DNA of 64,000 nucleotides from an uncultured Bacteroidales bacterium (GTDB taxonomy: Bacteria; Bacteroidota; Bacteroidia; Bacteroidales; VadinHA17): positions 607,572-671,571 of the forward strand of contig CAWFKI010000005.1 of assembly GCA_963816345.1 (NCBI GenBank), in the 5' to 3' direction. This document shows, in pieces, positions 20,156 to 28,564 of this stretch. The notes below the pieces were generated by a model that made no database searches, was not told the DNA's origin, and saw only the letters and a program-made list of their open reading frames with translations. The translations under genes were made by a program, and so were the position numbers. How positions within the stretch are numbered: the first letter of the stretch is position 1; each line of letters starts with the position of its first letter.

Positions 20156-20827
20156 ATGGAAAATATGATACAACTTACCAATATTGATAAATATTATGAT
20201 TCAAAGTTCCAGCGGACATATGTATTGAAATCAGTTGACCTGGAAATAGAGGAGGGCGGGTTTTACAGCATTATGGGGCCCAGTGGTTCAGGAAAATCGA
20301 CCTTACTGAATATTATAGGCCTGCTGGATAAACCGTCTGCAGGAGGGTATTCACTTTACGGTAAATCAGTTCTGGAACTGAAGGAATCAGCACTGGTCGA
20401 CTACCACCGTAATTTCATGAGCTTTATTTTTCAGGCCTATCATCTGATCGAAGAGATGACAATTTATGAGAACGTTGAAACTCCGCTGGTATACAAGGGT
20501 GTTAAAAAAAGTGACCGTCAGTCAATCGTGGCTGAACTGCTCGACAGATTTAATATTGTAGCTAAAAAGGATCTGTTCCCGCAACAGTTATCAGGCGGTC
20601 AGCAGCAGCTGGTGGGTATTGCACGCGCTATTGCAGGGAAACCGAAACTGCTGCTTGCCGATGAACCAACGGGGAACCTCCACAAAAGTCAGGGTGAAAT
20701 GATAATGGGTGTACTCAGGGAACTGAACAATGAGGGTATGACAATCATCCAGGTGACCCATAACGAAAAATTTGCCCGTTATGGAAAACGGATCATCAGG
20801 CTTGAAGACGGAATGATCAGGGTCTGA
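20156..20827 (+). CDS. ABC transporter ATP-binding protein (MacB/LolD-like)
   Basis: It has Walker A (GPSGSGKST), the Q-loop, the ABC signature LSGGQQQ, Walker B (LLLADEPT) and the H-loop (VTHN). Confidence 0.9.
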   Translation: MENMIQLTNIDKYYDSKFQRTYVLKSVDLEIEEGGFYSIMGPSGSGKSTLLNIIGLLDKPSAGGYSLYGKSVLELKESALVDYHRNFMSFIFQAYHLIEEMTIYENVETPLVYKGVKKSDRQSIVAELLDRFNIVAKKDLFPQQLSGGQQQLVGIARAIAGKPKLLLADEPTGNLHKSQGEMIMGVLRELNNEGMTIIQVTHNEKFARYGKRIIRLEDGMIRV

Positions 20828-22202
20828 ATTGAATATTCCTTGCAAACGAATTTATCCTGATATCAGCATCATTGATACTTTTAAGGACTTTATCACCAAC
20901 CCTGCAATTCTCGAATTCAATATCCTCTGCAAGGTTATCAGGCGAATAGCCTCTGATAATAAAAGGTTTGGTTTTATTTTCCCATTGTACGTTCTTCAGG
21001 AACACCCCTTTTATATGACCGGGAGGATCTGTACCGTACAATGAGCCATCGGTAACTATAAGCTCCAGGTTCTTAAACTCAACCTGATTCTCCACCCTGA
21101 TATCCTCAAAGTGTATATTACGAACCATGGCAGGCCCGTCGCAAACAATGCTGAAGGCCGAGTGTCCCTGAGTGCGGCCGTCACCCCGTGCATAAAGAAT
21201 ATCGCAGTTTTTTACAAAAATATTTTCCACGGGACCTCCGTTAAGCTCATATCCGATTGTTACACCATCGCTGCACGCCCAGCCGACCATGACGCAATTG
21301 GAAACAAAAATGGAATCTACCCTCAGTTTGTTGTTCCCCGATTTTATAGCGACACAATCATCACGGCACCGCATAAAGCAATCATCAATTGTAAAGTTGG
21401 TACATGAAACAGGATTTATACCGTCAACGGAGTATATTGCCTCGTAACTGAATACTTTAACATTACGGTAACTGCTGTTGTGACAGTCTGTCAATGTATT
21501 GGTCCATCCCTTCGTATTCCGGATAAAGATGCCGCTGACATTAAAGCCGTAGGAGCCGGATACCTCAATCTTTCCCTGTATTATCCCTCGTCCGGTAATA
21601 GTAACATTCTTAAGATCCTTCCCATAGATATCACTATTCACAACCGCCCCGCCTGCAATATACATGGTCATATTGCTAACAAGATATATTTTTCCCGGGT
21701 TATGAACCCCCGGGCCGTAATATATAACTCCGGGATCGCCTTTTTTCGGAGGATTTATTTCAAGAGGATTGGCAAAGATTGCAAGATGCGTGAGATTGTT
21801 TATCTCAACGTAAAGCTTCTGGGGACCCTTTATTGTAAAGGATATTTCAGATCCGTTGACGGTCGCTCTGATATCGCGGCTTTTCGGCCGGATTACAAAT
21901 GAATCTATATTCACATTTGCCTTAATTACTATTTTTACCTCGCCTGAACAGGAAAAGTTTGCCACGTTCAGGTCTTCCATCTCCCTGCTTCCGTAAAGGC
22001 TGTAATCAAAGCTTTTCAGGTTGCTTCCGATCCTTTCAACCCATACCTGACTGTCATCAGCAATGAGTGTAAAATCAGGACTGGTAATAAGTCCGGGCGG
22101 TGCCGGATATGTAACGATTTCCGCTGAAGCATAACGAATATTTATAAATGGCATAATCAGAAGAAATACAATTGAAAAAACATACCGGGTTCCAATTTTC
22201 AT
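20817..22202 (-). CDS. GH28-like right-handed beta-helix glycosidase (polygalacturonase/rhamnogalacturonase-like)
   Basis: It has a signal peptide. GH28-type blocks SVDGINP and RCRDDCVAIKSG are present, along with repetitive beta-helix coil periodicity. Confidence 0.7.
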   Translation of the reverse strand: MKIGTRYVFSIVFLLIMPFINIRYASAEIVTYPAPPGLITSPDFTLIADDSQVWVERIGSNLKSFDYSLYGSREMEDLNVANFSCSGEVKIVIKANVNIDSFVIRPKSRDIRATVNGSEISFTIKGPQKLYVEINNLTHLAIFANPLEINPPKKGDPGVIYYGPGVHNPGKIYLVSNMTMYIAGGAVVNSDIYGKDLKNVTITGRGIIQGKIEVSGSYGFNVSGIFIRNTKGWTNTLTDCHNSSYRNVKVFSYEAIYSVDGINPVSCTNFTIDDCFMRCRDDCVAIKSGNNKLRVDSIFVSNCVMVGWACSDGVTIGYELNGGPVENIFVKNCDILYARGDGRTQGHSAFSIVCDGPAMVRNIHFEDIRVENQVEFKNLELIVTDGSLYGTDPPGHIKGVFLKNVQWENKTKPFIIRGYSPDNLAEDIEFENCRVGDKVLKSINDADIRINSFARNIQFRP

Positions 22203-22552
22203 ATTTTATCCTCCCTGGTTTTTAAAAATTCTTTTCTCAGCGGGCAAAAGCTGTCAACCAATCGTACATGATTACTCATAATCTGAATGCAATGGGGGAT
22301 CCCTGAAGGAACTGTTATCAGATCTCCTTTCATAAGATGGTATTCCTCTTTGCCCTTAATAAACAGCAATTCTCCCTCGGCTACAAATGTGATCTGTTCA
22401 TGATCATGTGAGTGGGGGATTTCCGGATGTTCCATCGGCCCGGCTGTAAATTCATAAACGGCTACCATCAGGTTTTCAAGGTGAGCTACCGTTCTCTCAC
22501 GACCGGGAGATAGCTTCTCGCGAATAATATTGTTTTCTTTTTTTTGCGTCAT
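22199..22552 (-). CDS. Cupin-domain protein
   Basis: 117 aa with cupin motifs (PHSHDHEQITFVAEGE ... GDLITVPSGIPH). A 4-nt overlap with the downstream GH28-like gene suggests translational coupling. Confidence 0.7.
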   Translation of the reverse strand: MTQKKENNIIREKLSPGRERTVAHLENLMVAVYEFTAGPMEHPEIPHSHDHEQITFVAEGELLFIKGKEEYHLMKGDLITVPSGIPHCIQIMSNHVRLVDSFCPLRKEFLKTREDKI

Positions 22553-22584
22553 GTCCTGAAGGAGTTACTGATTTGCAGAAATAT

Positions 22585-24594
22585 TTATCTGGCTGAGTGA
22601 CTGAATGTGAGAGTCTGGCCGCCCTTAAGACCGGGATTGATAAACTCAAGCTTTACACGGGTCACACCCTTAGGCCAGTAGCTCTTTAAAACCCTGTCAG
22701 TAATATCTATATACTCAATCTGGGGTTTCACGGTTTTCGGGTCGTAACTCATATCAAGAGAGAAACCCTCCCCGGCAAAGTTCAAAAGACCTGGCTTCAG
22801 CTCCGTTACTTTACAGTATGTAATTAAGTTTGAACTTGTAACAGACTTTTTAATTCCGGCTAATTCGTACTTATCACTTATTGTAAAGCTCTTACCCCGG
22901 TTCAGGGTATAGCTCCGTATCCAGCTTTTTACAAGTGCCTCCCCGGGATATGCTCCTGCTATATCAGTGGAAAACCTTGCAGTTTTTGAGTTTGCAGTGA
23001 ATGAAGTATTCCCTGCCTTGTAGTTCGCTCCGTCTTTCTGTTCCGTACCGTTGATTACAGGAAGGTTATGAAATGCCGACTGCATCGTCCATATTTCGTA
23101 ACGCGCCGGACTGAATGTCTTTGCTGTATATTCTTCCCGGCCAAGGTCAATAATGCATGGTTTCCCGTCGTAATACATTACACAGGAGCCGACATCATTG
23201 TGGTTATGGCTCTCATCATTAAAGCCCCCTTTTGCCCCAAAAAAGAATCCCAGGTAACTTCCTTCCCTGTCGCGTGCACCAGCCACCTCTGTCTCCGGGA
23301 GCCAGAAATCAGCCACAAGCGCTTCTTTTGGAGCTGCAGTTCCGACCTCTTTCAGTAACCCGAGATTTCTGATCTGATCGCAAATTTTACCTTCAAAGCT
23401 GTGATCACCGAATTTATTAAGCCTGGCAAGATATGCGCCAAATTGCTGCATTGTCAGATCATTAATTGCTTTGCCATATCTGTAAACAGTGGAGGCGTCG
23501 CCTGTTGTCGTTGCATCTGCATCTGCGAAATTTATAAAATAAGGTGCGTGAATGTTGACTTTATAGAAGTAGGAACCTATGTTCTTTATCAGTGAGTTAT
23601 CAAACACATCAAACTTCCCGCCGGTTGCATCTTTAAGCATTTCCAGGCTCTCATACAGAAGTGCACCTGCTGCTCCCCAGTAGGAAGGACCCTCATCGCA
23701 ACCGCCATCATCCGAATACCCGTTAAGGAATTTATCGAGTGAATTTATTATCTTTTCCACTGCAGCCACTTTTTTTGCAGGATCGTTTTCAATAAGAAGA
23801 AAGCAGTTCAGCATATTATAATTGATCCACGGATTCCAGTTATTCGGCCGACCTCCTTTAAACCCCATATACCAGAAGTCATCCCGCGTAAAATAGGGGG
23901 TGAGCGCCTTATTCATTATTTCCTGCTTCAATCTTGCCGTGATCAGGGGATGGATTTTATCAAACTCATCCTTAAAAAGATATAAGGTCCATGAGAGATC
24001 ACATGCTATCTCTCCGACCCCCAGATCGACAAACGGATCGTTTATATCAGGCAGGCCGGCGCCAGCTTTCTGGGAGCCAAGATGGGCTGACCATCCCCAC
24101 CAGGTCTGTTCGCTAAAGTACCAGACGGCATTAACTATCTGATCCATAAACCGGCCGTTCCCCTCAATAAGTTCCCCCATGACCAGGGCATTAAGTGCAT
24201 CGCTGCAGGCAGCATAGGCCTCCTGGCGCCGGTCCCCGGAACGGATAAATTCCAGGTAATCAGTGGCCTTTACTACTGGCCAGTTATAGTTAAGATAACG
24301 TTCTGCCTTGTTAATATATTCCTGCCGGATACCGGAGGGCAGATTTTGCCAGAAGTTTCTATCCTTATATCCGGGAAGGGTGATCCAGGAGTTGTCAGTA
24401 ACAAGCACCTTTGCCAGATCAATTGTTTTTGCCTCGCCTGCCAGGATGTTCCTTTCCTTTGGATTCAATTCTGCAGATACTGCAATGGATGCAAAAATGA
24501 AAACCAGAGCAAAGCAGGTTGTAAATATGGGTTTCATCCCCGGGATAAATCTTTTCATAACGCTGGGAATAAAATAATTGTAAAAAAAAAGCAT
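22585..24594 (-). CDS. Heparinase II/III-family polysaccharide lyase-like protein
   Basis: It has an (alpha/alpha) toroid-like N-terminal half and the C-terminal heparinase II/III block DESHNHNDVGSCVMYYDGKPCIIDLG...WTMQSAFHN. The signal peptide begins at the internal MKRFIPGMKPIF, so the true start may be 24558. Confidence 0.75.
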   Translation of the reverse strand: MLFFYNYFIPSVMKRFIPGMKPIFTTCFALVFIFASIAVSAELNPKERNILAGEAKTIDLAKVLVTDNSWITLPGYKDRNFWQNLPSGIRQEYINKAERYLNYNWPVVKATDYLEFIRSGDRRQEAYAACSDALNALVMGELIEGNGRFMDQIVNAVWYFSEQTWWGWSAHLGSQKAGAGLPDINDPFVDLGVGEIACDLSWTLYLFKDEFDKIHPLITARLKQEIMNKALTPYFTRDDFWYMGFKGGRPNNWNPWINYNMLNCFLLIENDPAKKVAAVEKIINSLDKFLNGYSDDGGCDEGPSYWGAAGALLYESLEMLKDATGGKFDVFDNSLIKNIGSYFYKVNIHAPYFINFADADATTTGDASTVYRYGKAINDLTMQQFGAYLARLNKFGDHSFEGKICDQIRNLGLLKEVGTAAPKEALVADFWLPETEVAGARDREGSYLGFFFGAKGGFNDESHNHNDVGSCVMYYDGKPCIIDLGREEYTAKTFSPARYEIWTMQSAFHNLPVINGTEQKDGANYKAGNTSFTANSKTARFSTDIAGAYPGEALVKSWIRSYTLNRGKSFTISDKYELAGIKKSVTSSNLITYCKVTELKPGLLNFAGEGFSLDMSYDPKTVKPQIEYIDITDRVLKSYWPKGVTRVKLEFINPGLKGGQTLTFSHSAR

Positions 24595-24665
24595 CAGAAA
24601 TCCGTTGCGTAAATATATTGATTTTCTTCGTTCGCCGTTAAAAAAGTCTTTTGCACCTCCGGGTT

Positions 24666-24836
24666 CTACGCTCTTTGCCCTGTGCCCCGTGCCCTGTGCT
24701 CCGTGCTCTGTGCCCTGTGCCCTGTGCTCCGTGCTCTGTGCCCTGTGCCCTGTGCTCTGTGCCCCGTGCCCTGTGCTCTGTGCCCCGTGCCCTGTGCCAT
24801 CCGCTCCCCGTTCTTCCGTCTTCTGTCTTCTGTCTT
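24666..24836. repeat. 7-bp tandem array, about 24 units, consensus CYGTGCY decaying into CTTCYGT
   Basis: I parsed this by hand in register from 24666: ctacgct ctttgcc ctgtgcc ccgtgcc ctgtgct ccgtgct ... There is a perfect 28-bp higher-order duplication (24694-24721 equals 24722-24749). There is also a 21-bp duplication (24750-24770 equals 24771-24791). Confidence 0.9.
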
Positions 24837-24935
24837 CAAAAAGTCAATCTTTTCTCATATATTTGATTACCTCAGTTTTTAAATGGGATACCGGATTATT
24901 GGATAGAAGTTTATAATAAAATTTAACTGCGGAGT

Positions 24936-26606
24936 ATGAAACTTAAGATTTTTTTACCGGCAACACTGTTTTTCATTATGATTCAGGCTGTTAAAGCGGA
25001 ACCACTTCATCAGTGGGAGGTGTTCACTGTCTCATTTACATCAGGGAAGATTTATTCAAATCCCTACAGCGATATCCCTGTCGCGGGTGGGGATGATCTG
25101 CTGAAGGTGACCTTTCTGGGGACGGGAGGTGAGGCAATGAATAAGAAAATTACAGTAGTCGGATTCTGGGATGGCGGTTCTGTATGGCGGGTCAATTTTA
25201 CAGCTCCCTTCACCGGCAGCTGGAAATACAGCAGTCAGTCGGCCGACAGGAAGATGAACGGCAAAAAGGGAAGCTTTGATGTAGTGGCATGGACTGAGGA
25301 AGAGAAGAATGCCGTTCCTGTAAGGCACGGTTTCATAACTGTGAAAAATGATGGCAAACAGAGTGGCCATTATTTTGAATATTCCGACGGTCACCCTTTT
25401 CTCTGGATTGGTGACACCTGGTGGAACTGGACTGACGGGAGGATCCATTTTGATTCATTCAAAAAGCTTGTCGATAACAGGGCGGAGAAGGGTTTTAACA
25501 TTGGTCAGCTCTTTGTCCCGGGGAACGGCTGGGGCATTGAGAGCTCCATGCTGGATACGACCTACAATATTCTGGATACCGAACATGTGAAGAGGGTGGA
25601 GGAGATGATCAGGTACGCAAATTCAAAAGGCATTACGGTATGGATACACGGATGGTGGAGCAGGCCTGATCTGAAGAGCAGCGTAGGGGCGGAAAAGATC
25701 GAACGCTGGTGGCGCTACCTGATACATCGTTTCGGAGCATACAATGTGATATGGGTTCTTGCCGGTGAATATAATATGAATAATTATGGTGGCTTCAGTC
25801 TTGACTTCTGGAAGAAACTGGGGAGCATGATAAAGAAAGAGGATCCTTATAACAGGATTGTGGGTGTCCACAGTACGCCTCCTTTCTGGGAAGGTGGTGC
25901 GGAAGCTCCTCAATGGGCAACCGGGAGTGTTTTGAATCAGGAGCCGTGGCTGGATTATAACCAGAGCCAGGTTGGCCACGGCAGGTATGCGAATGAGATG
26001 ATCCCGTTGGTTGTGGCGGAAGAGTACAGTCTCAGTCCTGCCAAACCTATTGTTGTGACTGAACCATGGTACGAATTTATTGAGGGTAATCCGACCGGGA
26101 AAGATATCAGGTTTGGGGCATGGTCGGCAATTCTCTCAGGTGCAGCAGGGCACTCTTACGGGGGAGGGCATGTATGGCTGGCAAGTGTTCCGGAATCGCC
26201 TGCAGGTGAAGGAGACTGGCCTATGGAGAAAGGATTTGACCGGACCACATATGATTATGAAGGAGCGGTATCGATGAAGAACCTGGCAGGGTTCTTCAGG
26301 GATGTAAAGTGGTGGAACATGGCGCCGCATCCGGAGCTGGTAAAGGAATATCCGCAGCCTTTCTGCCTTGCGGATCCCGGGAAGGAATATGTTTTATATC
26401 TGAGGTATGCGGGGATGGTGAAGGTTAAAATGGATCAGCCGGCCACTTCGGGAAAATATCTGTACAGGTGGTTTGATCCGGCTTCGGGTAAATTCTCAGA
26501 AGAGAAGAGCTTTCAGGGATCGGATATGCTTGAATTTCATTGTCCCGAATCATTCCCTGCTGTTCCCGGCTATAAGGATTGGGTTCTTTATATCAGAAGG
26601 CTTTAA
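24936..26606 (+). CDS. GH140-like glycoside hydrolase (DUF5060 N-terminal domain plus DUF4038 catalytic domain)
   Basis: It has a signal peptide and a DUF5060-like beta-sandwich (VVGFWDGGSVWRVNFTAPFTGSWKYSS). The DUF4038 hallmark SDGHPFLWIGDTWWNW...AEKGFNIGQ follows. It is a paralogue of 5591..6994. Confidence 0.75.
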   Translation: MKLKIFLPATLFFIMIQAVKAEPLHQWEVFTVSFTSGKIYSNPYSDIPVAGGDDLLKVTFLGTGGEAMNKKITVVGFWDGGSVWRVNFTAPFTGSWKYSSQSADRKMNGKKGSFDVVAWTEEEKNAVPVRHGFITVKNDGKQSGHYFEYSDGHPFLWIGDTWWNWTDGRIHFDSFKKLVDNRAEKGFNIGQLFVPGNGWGIESSMLDTTYNILDTEHVKRVEEMIRYANSKGITVWIHGWWSRPDLKSSVGAEKIERWWRYLIHRFGAYNVIWVLAGEYNMNNYGGFSLDFWKKLGSMIKKEDPYNRIVGVHSTPPFWEGGAEAPQWATGSVLNQEPWLDYNQSQVGHGRYANEMIPLVVAEEYSLSPAKPIVVTEPWYEFIEGNPTGKDIRFGAWSAILSGAAGHSYGGGHVWLASVPESPAGEGDWPMEKGFDRTTYDYEGAVSMKNLAGFFRDVKWWNMAPHPELVKEYPQPFCLADPGKEYVLYLRYAGMVKVKMDQPATSGKYLYRWFDPASGKFSEEKSFQGSDMLEFHCPESFPAVPGYKDWVLYIRRL

Positions 26607-26833
26607 GGCATGAAGTATCTGATGATCTGAATTATGGTCAATACATACTGTTTATCTTCTGTTGATAGTCAACTCATTAATTGACTTTACGAATTCATAA
26701 TGCAATTCAATAAAAATATTTAACTTGTGGTACAATGTGAGAGTCAGGCAAAAGCATAATAAAGAGTATGTTGTGGGGATAATATTTGCAGGTGCTTCTG
26801 TGACTGACGGGGCGGGAGCGTCGGCGGAGGGGA

Positions 26834-26964
26834 GAGCGTAGAGCGTAGACATTGCCAGCCGTAGCTTCTATTACCTGCAGAGTATTATCAAGTGAGAAAG
26901 CGAAGGCTGGGCGTAGAGTAAAGAGATTAGTAATCGGTATTCAGTATTCGGTAATCGGTAAGTT
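26834..26964. repeat. Composite intergenic element: heptamers (GAGCGTA x2), 17-nt core, 31-nt variable insert, GGCTGGGC, then heptamers (GTAATCG/GTATTCG x5)
   Basis: The core ATTGCCAGCCGTAGCTT (26851-26867) is the exact reverse complement of 40123-40139. AGCGAAGGCTGGGC matches the reverse complement of 40078-40091 with one mismatch. A 12-bp palindrome, cctcccgggagg, follows at 26975-26986. Confidence 0.8.
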
Positions 26965-27178
26965 CAGAGAATCTCCTCCCGGGAGGGGCAGGGGTGGGTT
27001 TAAGCTAAGGAGAAGTAGTTAGTAAGCAGTACTTGGTAATAGTATCAACTTTTCTTGACCTTAACAGGAGAAGATTCTAACCTGTAACAGTTGCTTTCTC
27101 GAACAGTTTGGTTAAAGTGTGCGTTAACAGGCATCAGACCTTTAAAATCAAATTTGTATTTTAAAAAACAGGCCATTT

Positions 27179-28399
27179 ATGAAAACAGTCAAATTACTCG
27201 CATTAATTTTATTCTTTACAGAAATGGCTTACTCGCAAAACACAGATGATGTGGTCATTGCAAAAAGAATCAGGATAACTTCGGCCATACTGAGTGAGGA
27301 ACGGACAATTTCCGTTTCTACTCCAAACGGTTATAATGAATCGAAGGATTCTTATCCGGTGCTGTATGTCCTGGATGGAGAGACCGCAGTCATAGGACTC
27401 CTGAATTATTTATCTGACTATGGTGTGTGTCCCAAACTGATTATTGTCTCTGTTGAAGGAGTCAACCCTTCAAGGGATATGTTTCCATCCAGGCCAAAAT
27501 ATAGCAGAGGTACACAACCGGCAAAACCCTGGTATAACAAAGAAGAGGATAATAATTTAAGAGCCTCCTTGCCCGGTGAAAAATTGGGAGAGGCAGATAA
27601 TTACCTCTCATTTATTGAAACAGAGCTTTTCCCTTTTATCGAAAAAAACTACCGTACGGTCCCTTACAGAATTTGTTGTGGTCATTCAAAAGGCGGTCTC
27701 TGCGTAACCCATGCTTTCCTTTCCCACACTGATATGTTTAATGCCTTTATTGCTCTAAATCCTTCTCTTTATTGGGACGACGGATTAGTGCTGAAGACTG
27801 CAGAACAAAAACTCACAAGCCTGAACCTTAAGCACAAGCTGTTTTATTTCGATATAGGAGGTAATGAAGTTCCTTCTACTATTGGAGATGCATTTGCTTT
27901 TGCCCGGATAATAAAAGAAAATGCCTCTGCAGACCTGAGATGGAAACTTGACTATCTGGCTAATGAAAGCCATAGCAGCGGGACAGCTGTCGGGATTATT
28001 AATGCACTGAAATTTATTTATGATGGCTGGGATTTTGATATTAACAAAATAAAGCGGGAAGGGGTAGCAGCTATTGATAGTTTTTATAAGAATCTTTCAG
28101 AAAGGTATGGATACAGGATTTCATACGATGCAGCTCTGTTGAATAATTATGGGTGGGGTTATGTACGTGATGGCAGGCATGAAGAGGCTATAAAAATATT
28201 CCGGGAAAATGTCCGTAGATTCCCTGATTCACCTGATGCGTACAACTACCTTGGGGAAGGATATCTGGCAGCCAATCATATTGAAATGGCAATTAAGAGT
28301 TATGAAAAGGCAATAGAACTGGCAACATCTTCAGAGGATGATCAAAAAGTGGCTTTTTTAAAGAGCCGGATCGAAAGTATCAAAGCAGGTAAAAAGTAA
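27179..28399 (+). CDS. Secreted alpha/beta-hydrolase esterase (esterase D/IroE-like 'putative esterase' fold) with C-terminal TPR repeats
   Basis: It has a signal peptide, YPVLYVLDG, and the nucleophile elbow CGHSKGG. The C-terminal ~90 aa has a TPR pattern (AYNYLGEGYLAANHIEMAIKSYEKAIEL). Confidence 0.7.
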   Translation: MKTVKLLALILFFTEMAYSQNTDDVVIAKRIRITSAILSEERTISVSTPNGYNESKDSYPVLYVLDGETAVIGLLNYLSDYGVCPKLIIVSVEGVNPSRDMFPSRPKYSRGTQPAKPWYNKEEDNNLRASLPGEKLGEADNYLSFIETELFPFIEKNYRTVPYRICCGHSKGGLCVTHAFLSHTDMFNAFIALNPSLYWDDGLVLKTAEQKLTSLNLKHKLFYFDIGGNEVPSTIGDAFAFARIIKENASADLRWKLDYLANESHSSGTAVGIINALKFIYDGWDFDINKIKREGVAAIDSFYKNLSERYGYRISYDAALLNNYGWGYVRDGRHEEAIKIFRENVRRFPDSPDAYNYLGEGYLAANHIEMAIKSYEKAIELATSSEDDQKVAFLKSRIESIKAGKK

Positions 28400-28564
28400 A
28401 ATTCCCCTTTTTTACCTGCCCGGCCATCATGTGACAACTATTCTGTAACTTTATGATTTTAATAAAGATAAATGAGCCCTGCTTATATCATAAATAGCTA
28501 TACTTACAGACCTGAGGCGAATGCAGGGAAAAGACAAAAATGAATTTATTAACAGGACACAATT

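Noticed and set aside
24666-24836. Whether the short tandem arrays could be CRISPR arrays.
   Set aside because: The units are 7 bp and contiguous with no unique spacers, and no cas genes are in the window. These are microsatellite-type arrays, not CRISPR.
24605-24916. Three overlapping Cys/Pro/Ala/Leu-rich ORFs (103, 71 and 66 aa) on the plus strand.
   Set aside because: They are simply the three-frame translation of the 7-bp tandem array (7 is not a multiple of 3, so every frame stays open). They have no start context and no non-repeat domain.
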